A stretch of DNA of 64,000 bases from Epithemia pelagica (GCA_946965045.2 OX337242.1:806001-870000), one strand, 5' to 3'; shown: positions 1-9,916, counted from the stretch's first letter. Program-made: numbers and translations. Notes: generated from the letters alone by a model not told the origin.

Positions 1-113
1 GTGTCCATTCCACAGTTTTCCCGATCAGTTCAACGAATTGGATCTTGAAAGGGAACTTATTTTAAACTTCGGCATAACATATATTTCAATAAAATATGTA
101 GTGAAAAGTACTG
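1..113. repeat. Direct repeat identical to 1954-2066; probably the visible end of a ~1.95-kb tandem duplication that continues beyond the window start
   Basis: GTGTCCATTCC...GAAAAGTACTG is 113/113 identical to 1954-2066; the copies diverge after AGTACTG (GATCC vs ATCTC). Confidence 0.95.
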
Positions 114-1078
114 GATCCGTTCCAAACATGGTGGACGATGATGCCAGCAACCGACTGCCGACCGCGAACTCGAACGAAGCTTCTCCGGAAAGCGACAATG
201 AGATACAAGAGGCGACAGCCGCCTCAGCAACAGAAACGGATCCATCATCAATCGACGATAGCCTGGACGAGCTATCGTGTCCTCTGTCCTCGAAAAGTTG
301 TGCTAGCCTTCCTGTTGAAAGAGATCTATCAAGCAGCAGGCCAGATCAATAGCGGGTGCGCCTGCTTGGCCTATGCCAACTCAAGCCTTCCCAGTGCTGG
401 GTTTTAGACATAGCTGCTCTACTACGCTGGCTGGCTAGCTGGGGCATGCATGCTCCTGCTGGTGGTGTTGGGCTTGCTCAGGATTTCCATGAGGGATGCA
501 CGGGTGATCGATGGCAATGGCAGCATCAAAGATACGTCGAATCTGTGTGGGAACGCGCTGGGGGCAACGGTATTGCTCCTCCCTTGCCCCAGTCTCGGGG
601 ATTGGCTCGCTTTGTGCTACTGCACGAGCGAAGTCACCTCCAGTTGTTACAAACAAGTAAGTTCTCGTGATTCGATAGACAGACACCTTCCCTCCAGCCG
701 CGGAAGCTTTTTTACACTTCCTTTTTGGATACCGGGACGGAAGCGATGAACGAAACGTTCTTGCTTGACGAACAAACCAAACGGTAGAACGATAAAGAAA
801 AAGTTATCCCACCGAAGAGGTGAAGCACGAAGTTTTGACGACACCAAGTAAGTTGGAGGAAGACGAGACCACCACGAACGAACTACGAAGCGTTCCCGAT
901 ATAAAAAGTCGAGACGAAGAAACAAGGCAATACTAATAATGGAATACTATAGTATTGCTTTTCACTTTTCTTTCTTACTAATGATTATTCATTCATGACT
1001 ATGATTGTTTTCTTTAACGTTTTACATGTTTATCCTCGACGAATCGACAAACGACCGAACTTTACTCTTGAGACGGAT

Positions 1079-1741
1079 TTAGAGGAAGGCAATCGCGACG
1101 GTAGCCAACATTCCGACGAACGCAAAGGACGATGCCTTGGCAGCGGTTGAACCGGCACTCGACATAGCTCGCGTTGGAACTGGTGTCGAGGCTTTTGTCG
1201 GAGCTTTTGTGGGTGATTTGGTCGGCGATGCAGACATCAAGGTGCACGTTCCGAGTCCCATACCGGGTTCGACCGTCGCGGCGGTATTGCTGCAGCAAGC
1301 AAAGGAAGGAGGGCCGGTGCATGAATACGGAGTCAATTGTCCGGTAAAACCGTAATCACGCTTACAAATTGCTTCGGGACTTTGACCGAGACGAGCCACG
1401 GGTGCGAGTGCTCCCGTTGGAATACAATCCATAATCCCATCACCGTCGGCATCGACGGCAGGATCGGTCTCAAGAACGTCTTTCGAGGCGGATGCTGCCA
1501 TTTTGGTACACGTACCTAAAGCCATGCCGGGTTCGCGAGTATCGTCGCCATCGGTGCAACAGGCACCTGGGGTTGCACCAGTACACTCGTAGGGGGTCGT
1601 AGTGCCGACCCACACGTAATCACGCTGGCAGACCTCGTGAGACGCAATGGGGGTTGGAATACAATCCGTGAACAAGGCGTTGACAGAAGGGGTAGTGGAG
1701 ATGGCGGCGATAGCGGCAATGGCGTAGATAGAGAGCTTCAT
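1079..1741 (-). CDS. Secreted, probably GPI-anchored cell-surface protein (220 aa) with two 6-Cys repeats
   Basis: Signal peptide MKLSIYAIAAIAAIS; two DCIPT..C.RDY...G..TPY.CTG...ACC...EPGM.LGTCT.M repeats; PTKSPTKAPTK stalk; small-residue SSAG followed by a hydrophobic C-terminus. Confidence 0.85.
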   Translation of the reverse strand: MKLSIYAIAAIAAISTTPSVNALFTDCIPTPIASHEVCQRDYVWVGTTTPYECTGATPGACCTDGDDTREPGMALGTCTKMAASASKDVLETDPAVDADGDGIMDCIPTGALAPVARLGQSPEAICKRDYGFTGQLTPYSCTGPPSFACCSNTAATVEPGMGLGTCTLMSASPTKSPTKAPTKASTPVPTRAMSSAGSTAAKASSFAFVGMLATVAIAFL

Positions 1742-1953
1742 GTTGTTAGTTGATCGTTTGGTTTGGTTTGTCGGTTGGTTATGAAATGCTATTTCGTAGC
1801 GTAAGTTTTAAAAATTGTGTGATAATCGATGGATTTTACTCTCCTCGGAGATCCCATACGGAGGATACTACTGGCGCGTTCAAAAAAAGAAAGTTCCCGG
1901 CATCGCAAGAACATATTATATGATCAGGACAAAGTTCTGTGGCCAGTGGCCAT

Positions 1954-2066
1954 GTGTCCATTCCACAGTTTTCCCGATCAGTTCAACGAATTGGATCTTG
2001 AAAGGGAACTTATTTTAAACTTCGGCATAACATATATTTCAATAAAATATGTAGTGAAAAGTACTG
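1954..2066. repeat. Second copy of the 113-bp repeat, ending 12 nt from the retroelement terminal repeat
   Basis: Identical to 1-113. Confidence 0.95.
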
Positions 2067-2078
2067 ATCTCTAGGATT

Positions 2079-2223
2079 AAATTGGATAAACAGCAAAGAG
2101 TGTGGAGGCTAGTTTAGGTTTTTCTAACCAAAGATTTTGGAGTGTTCTACTTCCCGCTCGCTAACTCGCGCGCCAGCAAGCCACTTCGGATGGACTAATC
2201 TACATCCACTCGCACCCGGTCGC
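2079..2223. repeat. Terminal direct repeat (3' copy relative to element sense), 145 bp
   Basis: AAATTGGATAAACAGC...CGCACCCGGTCGC; 144/145 identical to 13154-13298 (TAACC vs TATCC). Confidence 0.95.
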
Positions 2224-2463
2224 CGTTATCAACTACATCGGTGGTCAGGGCATCGAAGAGACACTACGAACACATCCTGAGCACGTGTCGTTTCGAGTCT
2301 GTCCGAGAGATCGCAAGTCAGTCAAAACTTTGTCCGTTGAGGTTTCCTAAAAGATATGAAACTACAATCAGACGCACAGTTTTGCCGAAGGCCTCAGAAC
2401 CGAGAATGGCTCCATACCATTGTCCATTAATCGGTTGACTGACATGTTATGGATCGACTTCTA

Positions 2464-3834
2464 TTAGAAGTCGAGGAATGATATGTTGGGGAACTGGTTG
2501 ATGAGTCCCTGGCCATTGTGGTTAAAGAGGTTTTCTTCCGGCGATTCCATCGCCGTTTCTGTGTTTGTTTGAAGAGCTGGTTCAAGGATGTTGTCAAGGC
2601 GGTTCCGAAGTCGTTCCAACGATTCCGTTCTCGACTGGGCGGTTGTGTGATCCATGTGGCGGAAGTCTTGGGTGGTCAGCATGAGCTGTGCCATGCCCGT
2701 GGTCCATTCGAGGACCTGTGGACGAATGTATTTCATAAAGGCAGTCGAACTCCATCGTCCAAGTATCATGATCTTGGTGACCGAGCAGTCTGCCAAGAAG
2801 AGTGCCATGGCGGCACCAGAGCGGATGGAATGAGTGCCGATGTCCATGGCTCCGTAGCCGAAAGCTGGTTTTCCTCCCCCTTGTGTGCAAGTTAATCGGA
2901 GTAGGTCGCGGATGTCTTCTTGACGGATGAATCGTGGTTTCTTCTGTGGGTTTTCTGGATCGAACCAACAATTAACCGGTGTCGTTGGTGGGGCGTTCGG
3001 GCGGTAGTGGAGGATCCTTCGGATGACGCGTCCCCAGAGGAGGACGGGGTCGAAGAGGGGATCGTTGGTGCGGCTTTGGGTGCGGGTTTCGGCTTTATGA
3101 TTATTTTTCTGTTCGACGAATGTGATGGAGACAAATCGTGCGAGTTCTTGGAATTGGGGGTGGTTGGCTGGGATGGTGTGGTTTTTGTTCATCGTGGTGA
3201 AGACGATGTCACCAATGGTGAGTAATTTGGTTTTCCCTCGAGAGGGGACCGTCACATACTCGCAGCTGCGACAGCCGAAGAAGTAGGCGCAGCAAGTGAG
3301 ATCGGCGGTGCATGCTTTGAAGGAGACAACATTGAATTCGATGCGAATGATGGTGGTGGAGTCGGTCTTGCGCTTGGGACGACAGCATATAGTCCACATA
3401 AAACGTAGATGCTTGATTGTTATAGCTTTTTCTCGTTTTTCGGGAGGGTCGAGATTCTCCCACGCGCGCTTGAGGGAGGAGACGAGTGGGTGTAGGCGCC
3501 CGTCTTGACTGTGGCAGGGGCTCGGCCGGTCGTGATGCCGGAAGCTCGATGCCAAGTCTCCAATGGCTTGCGTAATAGTGCTCGCTCGAAGAGGGTTCGA
3601 GCTGTCACGGTTCTCCGTGAAGTCGGCATCGCGGAGGCGTTGTAGGAAGGAACATGCGATGGCGATTTTGTGGTTGGTCGCTGGGAGGGAGTCGAGGAAG
3701 GGGTCGCCGTTGAATCCAATTCGTTCAAGGTGGTCTGTCCACCGTTTCCAGCATTGGTCGCGTTTCTGATGAGATCCTTCGGTCTTGCCGTAGAAGATTC
3801 GTGAAACACTGGCACGATTGAGCAGATCCAACAT
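2464..3834 (-). CDS. Tyrosine recombinase of a DIRS/Ngaro-type retrotransposon (456 aa)
   Basis: Catalytic set present: FFGCRSCEY (R), EQKN (K), HSIRSGAA (HxxR), LGRWSSTAFMKYIR (W, Y); overlaps the RT-RH ORF by 415 bp in another frame, as is typical of YR retroelements. Confidence 0.93.
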   Translation of the reverse strand: MLDLLNRASVSRIFYGKTEGSHQKRDQCWKRWTDHLERIGFNGDPFLDSLPATNHKIAIACSFLQRLRDADFTENRDSSNPLRASTITQAIGDLASSFRHHDRPSPCHSQDGRLHPLVSSLKRAWENLDPPEKREKAITIKHLRFMWTICCRPKRKTDSTTIIRIEFNVVSFKACTADLTCCAYFFGCRSCEYVTVPSRGKTKLLTIGDIVFTTMNKNHTIPANHPQFQELARFVSITFVEQKNNHKAETRTQSRTNDPLFDPVLLWGRVIRRILHYRPNAPPTTPVNCWFDPENPQKKPRFIRQEDIRDLLRLTCTQGGGKPAFGYGAMDIGTHSIRSGAAMALFLADCSVTKIMILGRWSSTAFMKYIRPQVLEWTTGMAQLMLTTQDFRHMDHTTAQSRTESLERLRNRLDNILEPALQTNTETAMESPEENLFNHNGQGLINQFPNISFLDF

Positions 3835-6725
3835 GAAATTTCGCTGGGAAGGGGTCTGATGTGAAAATTCCTTGGAATCTGCGGCGAAAAGTGTTCATGC
3901 AAAAATAAGGTGAGTTCGCTGTCGTCGAGATGCCATGCACGAGATAACAAATCTGACACATCGTTCTGTTTGCCAGGGATGTGCTCGGATTGGAGGGCGA
4001 ATTTTCGATCGAGAACAAGTCGAGTTAGTTTTTCTGCTACTTTTACGTGGAGTGGTTTGTCGGAACCGAAGGATGTCTTGTGCATCCATCCGACGGCAGA
4101 GGAGTTGTCGGACAGGGCAAGGACGGCGTTGTCGGCAGTCACTTCTCCAAACCAGCAATCCACCCAGATGGAAACAACAATTGCGATGAATTCGAAGAGA
4201 TTGTTCGATCGATGAGGGTCGCAATCCGCGATGTTCTTCAGTTCATCAAGTTTCGTGGTGTCCAGTTGGCAGCGCCAAGCTCGGCCCGACCGCACAGAGT
4301 AACCGCCCATCCCTTCAGGGCATGCGTCTGCGTGGAACAAATGTGTTGGTACGCGACAAACCAGTCGGTTGAGGGAGACACCTTCGTTGGAATGTGCCAA
4401 AAGGGATGGCCACATTTGGAGGTCTGGAATGAGGGATTCCGGAATGGTGTATCGGTAGAACGGAGGGGGAGTGTTTCGAGTGGGAGGATGAGGACGGGAG
4501 TCCGTTTTGTTGGTGTCGTCATTGGTCTCATCGAGTTTTCGTCGTTTGGCTTGTTTCTGTTGGAAAGAACGTTCGAGAAATATTTGATACTTTCGGAGAC
4601 GCGACAACCAAAACCCGGCCAGGGGGATGCCCTTGATGGAGTGTTGTAGCTTGCCGACGAGGCTGCGCAAGGCGTCGAAGGTTGTTCGTCGGGTCTTGAG
4701 GAGGTGGTTGACTTCCTTGGTCCATGCAATCTTCTTTTCGGATGGCAGACTGAGGAGGAGTCGACGTGTGTCGACCATCCATCCTAACACACGTTGCAAT
4801 TCTGCTGGAGCGCCCTCGGCAGTCAATTTGTCGGCTTCGAGCATTGCTTTTCGGCGGATGGGTTCGTCTGGAGCGACTGGCCTTGTCATCACATGAACAA
4901 TCAACGGGACGATGGAGGGACATCGTTGGATGTTTGCTGGGGTGGCCAAAAAGAGTTGTATCATGTCATCCAAATAGGAGTCATGAAATCCGTGGGGACG
5001 TGGGGGTACGGCGACGGCAAGTTCGTGTGCTGGAGCTGGATCGTCATCTGAGTCGATGTACTCTGGTGGGCCAACGCCGGCTTGCAGAGGTGATTCACAA
5101 TCTGCTGGGGTCCAGTCGGTGAAATCTGCGAGGTCATTGCAGAGATCGGTGCCGATTTCAGAGACGATCGAAAATTCGGCTGGATTTGCGGCGGCGCCGA
5201 AGGTGAGCCGGAGGTTCAAGTGCGCGAACTCGTTGGATGGGTCGATCGTGATGTTGCGGGCTGCGACGTCGCCGTCGCCGTGTATTCTGCGGTAGGCGGA
5301 TGACCAGTCAAATTTACTGATCAAAATTCGGTCCGTGGGGAAGTGCCATCGCAATGCAACAATTTGGTGAATGATTCGATCGAGGCAATGGCCCATAACG
5401 AGGTCGATCAACTGGGATTGATCAATCAACTCGTTGGTAGATGGGCAATGGCCCAAGGAGAACGACTGGTCGTGGGTAAGTCTGTCCTTGGGGACTAGAT
5501 CGCCGTGAGCGTCTATACCGAATTGTTGTGCTACACCCATGGGGCTGATTCGGCTGTGTTTTATGTTGCGCGCACAATCAAATGTGATTGGCAAGGAGAA
5601 TCCATTTGCGGCATCCTTTTTGAGCACTTTGGAGAGGGCCTCCGGGTGTTTCTTGCCGGATGCATGATTGCCATACATGAGTATGGCGTCATTTTCGGCT
5701 CTTCTGGCGGGTTCGTACTCGACTGCCTTGAGTGGGTAGGCAACGCCGTGGGTGAGCAGGCGATGGAGTCGAGGCCAGTAAGGGTGTCCTTCTAAGAGTG
5801 GTTGAAGAATCTCCGCTGGACGAAATTCGGATCCTGGTGTGATGATGTTGTTCGGATGATGGTCAAATAATTTTTGCATGTCCATGTCATATTCGGCAAT
5901 CAACCTGGAGTTGAACTCAGCGTTGTGGATGACGTCTTCGGGATCGATACTGTGACGGAATGGGGAAGGCATAGGTGTAAGCTCTTCGCAATCACTTATG
6001 GCTTGGAGAAGGGATAGCTCGATGGGATGGGTCACTGGATGGAGTGGAGGTGGGCGTAGTCTTGTGGGGAAGATCTTGGATACGTCATTTGGAAGGTAGA
6101 GCTTGGAGAACGGCTGGGAAGGAGACTGGAACGGTAGAACTTGTAACTCACCTAATAGTTGTTTGTCGGCGCGATGTGCTTGTTCGAGACGTCTGACGTT
6201 TCGAGCTAGGGGTTGGCCGGAGAAATCTGAGCCGATAATAGCAGTTTCACTTCCTGGAAGAGATCTGTCATTATGTGAGGCCAGTTTTGGGGGACTTGGG
6301 GGTCTTGGGAGGACGAGTTGCTCGCCCTGCGCAGTCGTGGATGGGGAAGAGTCTGTATGTGAGGGTGTCGATGGGTCCGTGGGGGATCGACGTTGGGAAA
6401 ATTTTGTATCGTGATGAGTGTTTCTTGGTGGGACTGAAATCTTGATTGCGGGTGCAATGGATTTCCGAATGGATCCTGGATTCCTGGAGTACTGATTGGA
6501 GGGGTGTTCGGTGAAGAACGGATTCGCTGTTGACGGAATGGCTGGCATGATGGATGAGGAGGATGGTGCGATGGGTGGGAGGAAGGATGGTCTGATGACG
6601 TCGATGGATGCTGGAGTCGAGGACTTCGAAGAGGCGGAAGACTCGACAACTAATGTATTAGATCTAGTGGGTTGAGAGTCACATGAAGGTGTGGTGATGG
6701 GGGAAGAGGAAGTCGGAACAATCAA
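3420..6725 (-). CDS. Reverse transcriptase-RNase H of a YR retrotransposon, Ngaro-like (no methyltransferase domain seen)
   Basis: KDRLTHDQSF, ISKFDWSSAYRRI, LTFGAAANP, SYLDD; RNase H motifs HADACPEGMGG, NLFEFIAI, SDNSSAV, HIPGKQNDVSDLLSR. The ORF-track start is TTG; the first ATG is at 6548. Confidence 0.93.
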   Translation of the reverse strand: MIVPTSSSPITTPSCDSQPTRSNTLVVESSASSKSSTPASIDVIRPSFLPPIAPSSSSIMPAIPSTANPFFTEHPSNQYSRNPGSIRKSIAPAIKISVPPRNTHHDTKFSQRRSPTDPSTPSHTDSSPSTTAQGEQLVLPRPPSPPKLASHNDRSLPGSETAIIGSDFSGQPLARNVRRLEQAHRADKQLLGELQVLPFQSPSQPFSKLYLPNDVSKIFPTRLRPPPLHPVTHPIELSLLQAISDCEELTPMPSPFRHSIDPEDVIHNAEFNSRLIAEYDMDMQKLFDHHPNNIITPGSEFRPAEILQPLLEGHPYWPRLHRLLTHGVAYPLKAVEYEPARRAENDAILMYGNHASGKKHPEALSKVLKKDAANGFSLPITFDCARNIKHSRISPMGVAQQFGIDAHGDLVPKDRLTHDQSFSLGHCPSTNELIDQSQLIDLVMGHCLDRIIHQIVALRWHFPTDRILISKFDWSSAYRRIHGDGDVAARNITIDPSNEFAHLNLRLTFGAAANPAEFSIVSEIGTDLCNDLADFTDWTPADCESPLQAGVGPPEYIDSDDDPAPAHELAVAVPPRPHGFHDSYLDDMIQLFLATPANIQRCPSIVPLIVHVMTRPVAPDEPIRRKAMLEADKLTAEGAPAELQRVLGWMVDTRRLLLSLPSEKKIAWTKEVNHLLKTRRTTFDALRSLVGKLQHSIKGIPLAGFWLSRLRKYQIFLERSFQQKQAKRRKLDETNDDTNKTDSRPHPPTRNTPPPFYRYTIPESLIPDLQMWPSLLAHSNEGVSLNRLVCRVPTHLFHADACPEGMGGYSVRSGRAWRCQLDTTKLDELKNIADCDPHRSNNLFEFIAIVVSIWVDCWFGEVTADNAVLALSDNSSAVGWMHKTSFGSDKPLHVKVAEKLTRLVLDRKFALQSEHIPGKQNDVSDLLSRAWHLDDSELTLFLHEHFSPQIPRNFHIRPLPSEISCWICSIVPVFHESSTARPKDLIRNATNAGNGGQTTLNELDSTATPSSTPSQRPTTKSPSHVPSYNASAMPTSRRTVTARTLFERALLRKPLETWHRASGITTGRAPATVKTGAYTHSSPPSSARGRISTLPKNEKKL

Positions 6726-6737
6726 CCCGGTATGGCG

Positions 6738-7712
6738 TCAGGCTGTCTCATAAGCCGACTTGAAATATTCGTCCATGGCGGTTTTCTTGTCGTGTTTGGC
6801 CGGGTCATCATGGCAGTAGCCACATTTCTTTCCTTTTCGGCACCACCCCTTTGAGAAGAGGACGTTGCAGAAGGGAATCTGTTCTCCGTCTTTTTCGATC
6901 GAAGGAATGTTGGCTATCACCGATGGCTTGAAGATCTTGGCGTACGCTTTTCCTTTGGGAATCTTCCAGTTGGAGGGAATGTCGAATGTGGTAGCGGTCT
7001 TGGGGATCGAAGTGCCGGGCAATGATTGATTTTGCTTCTTGGATGAGGAGGAATCATCGGAAGGGTTGGAACGTTTCTTGGAGGAATTGTTCTTCGATTG
7101 TTGTGCTTGGAATTTTGCTTGGAGGGCTGCAGGGAGGCCACCAAGAGGAGCACCGGTCTTGATGGTAAAAAGGAGCCAATTGATGCGCTTCTCCAAATCG
7201 TCGAAACCGATGTCGTCAATCTGCTGAGCTTTGCTCAACGTTCCCACAAACTCTTGGATAGCTTCGTCGACGCCAAAAAGGATTTGGCCGAAGTAGAACT
7301 CGTTGCCTGAACTTTGCATCTTCGCGATGATGAGGTATCGATGTTGGTGGAAAAAATTCAAAACTTTCAATATCTGGGAAGAGATGAAGGATGTGGCTCC
7401 ACAAAGGCCCTTGGAGCACGACCAAAAAGAACGGAGTTGTTTTTCGAACTCGTCTTCCGTTCGAGGGAAGAACAAATTATGGTTTGTATAAAGTTGTTGC
7501 ATCTCCTTGGATTGCTTCATCTCGTTCAGGTGGCAGAGAGAAGCATCGTGAATTTGTTGTCTTATGTTCTTGTCGAGGGTGTGGGACGAGTCAATGCCTG
7601 GGATAGCATAAGGGTCGAAGGAAAAGGGGCTGAAGCCTCCTGGGGAGGCTTCAGATTTCCAACGAAGTCCCAAGCGTTGGATAACAGCGCACTGACCGAG
7701 TAGAATAATCAC
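6738..7712 (-). CDS. Gag-like ORF2 with a C-terminal CCCH zinc finger
   Basis: C-x8-C-x5-C-x3-H (CNVLFSKGWCRKGKKCGYCH); in frame with both the upstream ORF1 and the downstream RT ORF; GTG start in the ORF track. Confidence 0.75.
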   Translation of the reverse strand: MIILLGQCAVIQRLGLRWKSEASPGGFSPFSFDPYAIPGIDSSHTLDKNIRQQIHDASLCHLNEMKQSKEMQQLYTNHNLFFPRTEDEFEKQLRSFWSCSKGLCGATSFISSQILKVLNFFHQHRYLIIAKMQSSGNEFYFGQILFGVDEAIQEFVGTLSKAQQIDDIGFDDLEKRINWLLFTIKTGAPLGGLPAALQAKFQAQQSKNNSSKKRSNPSDDSSSSKKQNQSLPGTSIPKTATTFDIPSNWKIPKGKAYAKIFKPSVIANIPSIEKDGEQIPFCNVLFSKGWCRKGKKCGYCHDDPAKHDKKTAMDEYFKSAYETA

Positions 7713-7718
7713 TGGCGG

Positions 7719-9683
7719 CTACCATGGGTGCCGCAATACTCGTAATGGGTTTCTGGTGGTTGGAGGACGGCAAGAGAAGACCGGAATAGTACAGGCGTTA
7801 TCGGTGGGATCAAATACTTCAGCGACAAAAGACTCAAAGAAGGTAGAAGAGTTCTTCGATTTCCAAACAGTCTTTATGATGTCGGTCAATTCGTCGGGAA
7901 GGCTTGAATGGGAACGATTTACAACACTCAAACGAAGGTGCTTCTGTGCATGAAGCGGCATGTCGCGAAACATGCTCTTCGATTCGGGCGCTGTAATATC
8001 GTCTTCGGTTGGGGATTTCTTCGATGTGACTTCTTTTATACATTTGGAAAGAAGAAACATTTCCGGAGACACGAAATGCACGTTGCCGTCATCATCAAGC
8101 ACACGGACACCAGACGGAGAATTAGAACAATCAACCGGTGGAGAGGATGCGAGGATGGGAGTCGTCGAATCGGTCGATGTCGAATGGGGTGACGGAGTGG
8201 TGGTGGTTGAGGGATGGGGATTCGAGTGCTTGGGGGTTGAGTTGGATCGTTTCGGAGTCGGGGACTCGACGAAAGAGGAAAGTGTCGGAAACATGTGCGT
8301 CTTTCGAACGGAAAGGCAATCTACAGCACGGTTCAGATCTTTCGGGAGGGAAGGATGAGTCACCGTGAGAGAAGAACGTTTGTGTTCCAGCAACCACAAA
8401 AAGCGAAACAAGGGGGCTTGAATGGCTAGAAGTGGGTAGTCGAGTGGAACGCTCTTGTCACTGGGGGATGCAGAGTCAACTTGAGTCAATGTCCACCAGT
8501 GATAGAGTGCTGTCTTGTATAAGTCGCTGGCAAAGGCACCACAGGACTCGTCGCGATCAAAGGTGGAAGGGTCGAAGTTCCTAACAATCAAACCGGCTAG
8601 AGCGGGTGGAATCAAACACCAACTAGAGCTGGAAAAGGTGTGTTCCTGATCGCGCTTGGAGGGGGAGGCTGGGAGGAGAGTTTTCAAACTCTCGGGGTCG
8701 AAGAAGAAATTGGGATGGTCCGCGTCTAGAGGAGGATTGTGCTCAATAACGCAATGGGCCATGATTTCTTCAAAAGTAGGCACGTTCCGATGCATGGAGG
8801 AGCGGATGATCTCGGACATATCTTCTTGGGGAATCTCGAAGGGCGGAGAATCGAACGTCTTTCGATCAAGGGCATAAAATGTCAACGTGGGATTGACAAG
8901 TGTGCCACAGTCTTCAGGGGAGAAGACGTTGTGGAGGACCAAGGGACGACCGGAACGGGAGGCGCCTAAAAAGGCAAGGGAACTAAGCTTGATCTTGGAG
9001 GACAACCAAATATGAAGGTCTTCTGCAGTAGAGAGGCGATCAAAAGAGGCGCAGAGACGTTTCCAAATCTCATTGTCACAAGCAAGGGAGATGTGAAATG
9101 GATTGGAGAAAGAGTCACACCAATCAACCGGATTGACCTTGGCAGCGCTTTCAACCAGAGAAGCAAAGGCATTGTCATCGGAAGGAGGAAAACCGTCGGC
9201 AAAGTACAACTCAAATCGACGTGGAGGCGCAGAAGGAGTGTCAGAAGGGGTGACAGCTTCGTCGAAGGTTTCATCGGGGATGACTTCTTCGTTCAGAGTC
9301 TTCTGGGGAGCATCTTCGTCATCTTGAGAGACAGGAGGCGGATCGTCGGAGAGAAGAGTCGAATCCGTAAAGGTGGTCTTGAGGGCGGCTTTCGTCGAAT
9401 CAACTTTCTTGGAGGAGCTTGTCGACTTCAAAGAACCTTTCGAGTCCGATGTAGTCTTGCCTTTCGGAGGGAAGGCGAGATCTTGGATATCGGAGTCAGA
9501 GAATCCATCGTCGGGACCATGAGAGGAAGCAGTCGGCTCTTTCGGATCGCCGGGGATCGGCGTCGAAGAGCGGGAACTGGCACGACCAGCCACAGAACTC
9601 GTTGCTTTGGAAGAGGGAGGATTCTTCAAAAAGGGAGGAAGATCGGTGAAAGTCATGGTAACGATGTAAGGTTTAGAACTCAA
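7719..9683 (-). CDS. Gag-like ORF1 of the YR module (Ser/Pro/Thr-rich N-terminus)
   Basis: 654-codon open frame in the gag position; likely ATG at 9656; no recognisable catalytic motif. Confidence 0.7.
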   Translation of the reverse strand: MSSKPYIVTMTFTDLPPFLKNPPSSKATSSVAGRASSRSSTPIPGDPKEPTASSHGPDDGFSDSDIQDLAFPPKGKTTSDSKGSLKSTSSSKKVDSTKAALKTTFTDSTLLSDDPPPVSQDDEDAPQKTLNEEVIPDETFDEAVTPSDTPSAPPRRFELYFADGFPPSDDNAFASLVESAAKVNPVDWCDSFSNPFHISLACDNEIWKRLCASFDRLSTAEDLHIWLSSKIKLSSLAFLGASRSGRPLVLHNVFSPEDCGTLVNPTLTFYALDRKTFDSPPFEIPQEDMSEIIRSSMHRNVPTFEEIMAHCVIEHNPPLDADHPNFFFDPESLKTLLPASPSKRDQEHTFSSSSWCLIPPALAGLIVRNFDPSTFDRDESCGAFASDLYKTALYHWWTLTQVDSASPSDKSVPLDYPLLAIQAPLFRFLWLLEHKRSSLTVTHPSLPKDLNRAVDCLSVRKTHMFPTLSSFVESPTPKRSNSTPKHSNPHPSTTTTPSPHSTSTDSTTPILASSPPVDCSNSPSGVRVLDDDGNVHFVSPEMFLLSKCIKEVTSKKSPTEDDITAPESKSMFRDMPLHAQKHLRLSVVNRSHSSLPDELTDIIKTVWKSKNSSTFFESFVAEVFDPTDNACTIPVFSCRPPTTRNPLRVLRHPW

Positions 9684-9916
9684 AAGCTAACTAGGATCTT
9701 GCGATTGCCTGTGTACTCGTCTCGTAACGTTGCTTGCAAAGATGCTGAACCCGAGAAGAGTGAGCTCTTCTCACGCTCCGACGACTCTGCATCAAGAGTC
9801 ATCCAAATCGTAGAACCGAGGGGAACGAAATCGGATGCTCGCCTCGCGACGAGGAGGCGGAGCAGTCGCACCTCTGATGTCGGTCGCAGGAGTCTGGCCA
9901 GCATCGGCCACGTCAC
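9680..9916 (-). CDS. Possible 78-aa linker ORF between the Penelope-like ORF and ORF1
   Basis: Its GTG overlaps the PLE stop (GTGA) and its TGA overlaps the TTG of ORF1 (TTGA); no homology recognised. Confidence 0.25.
   Translation of the reverse strand: MTWPMLARLLRPTSEVRLLRLLVARRASDFVPLGSTIWMTLDAESSEREKSSLFSGSASLQATLRDEYTGNRKILVSF

Noticed and set aside
943-956. 14-bp palindrome AATACTATAGTATT
   Set aside because: AT-rich, isolated and in a 3' intergenic region; plausible by chance in 64 kb.
114-960. Short ORFs (104, 89, 99 aa) left of the surface-protein gene
   Set aside because: Fragmented frames with no recognisable motif; the 104-aa ORF starts inside the 113-bp repeat.
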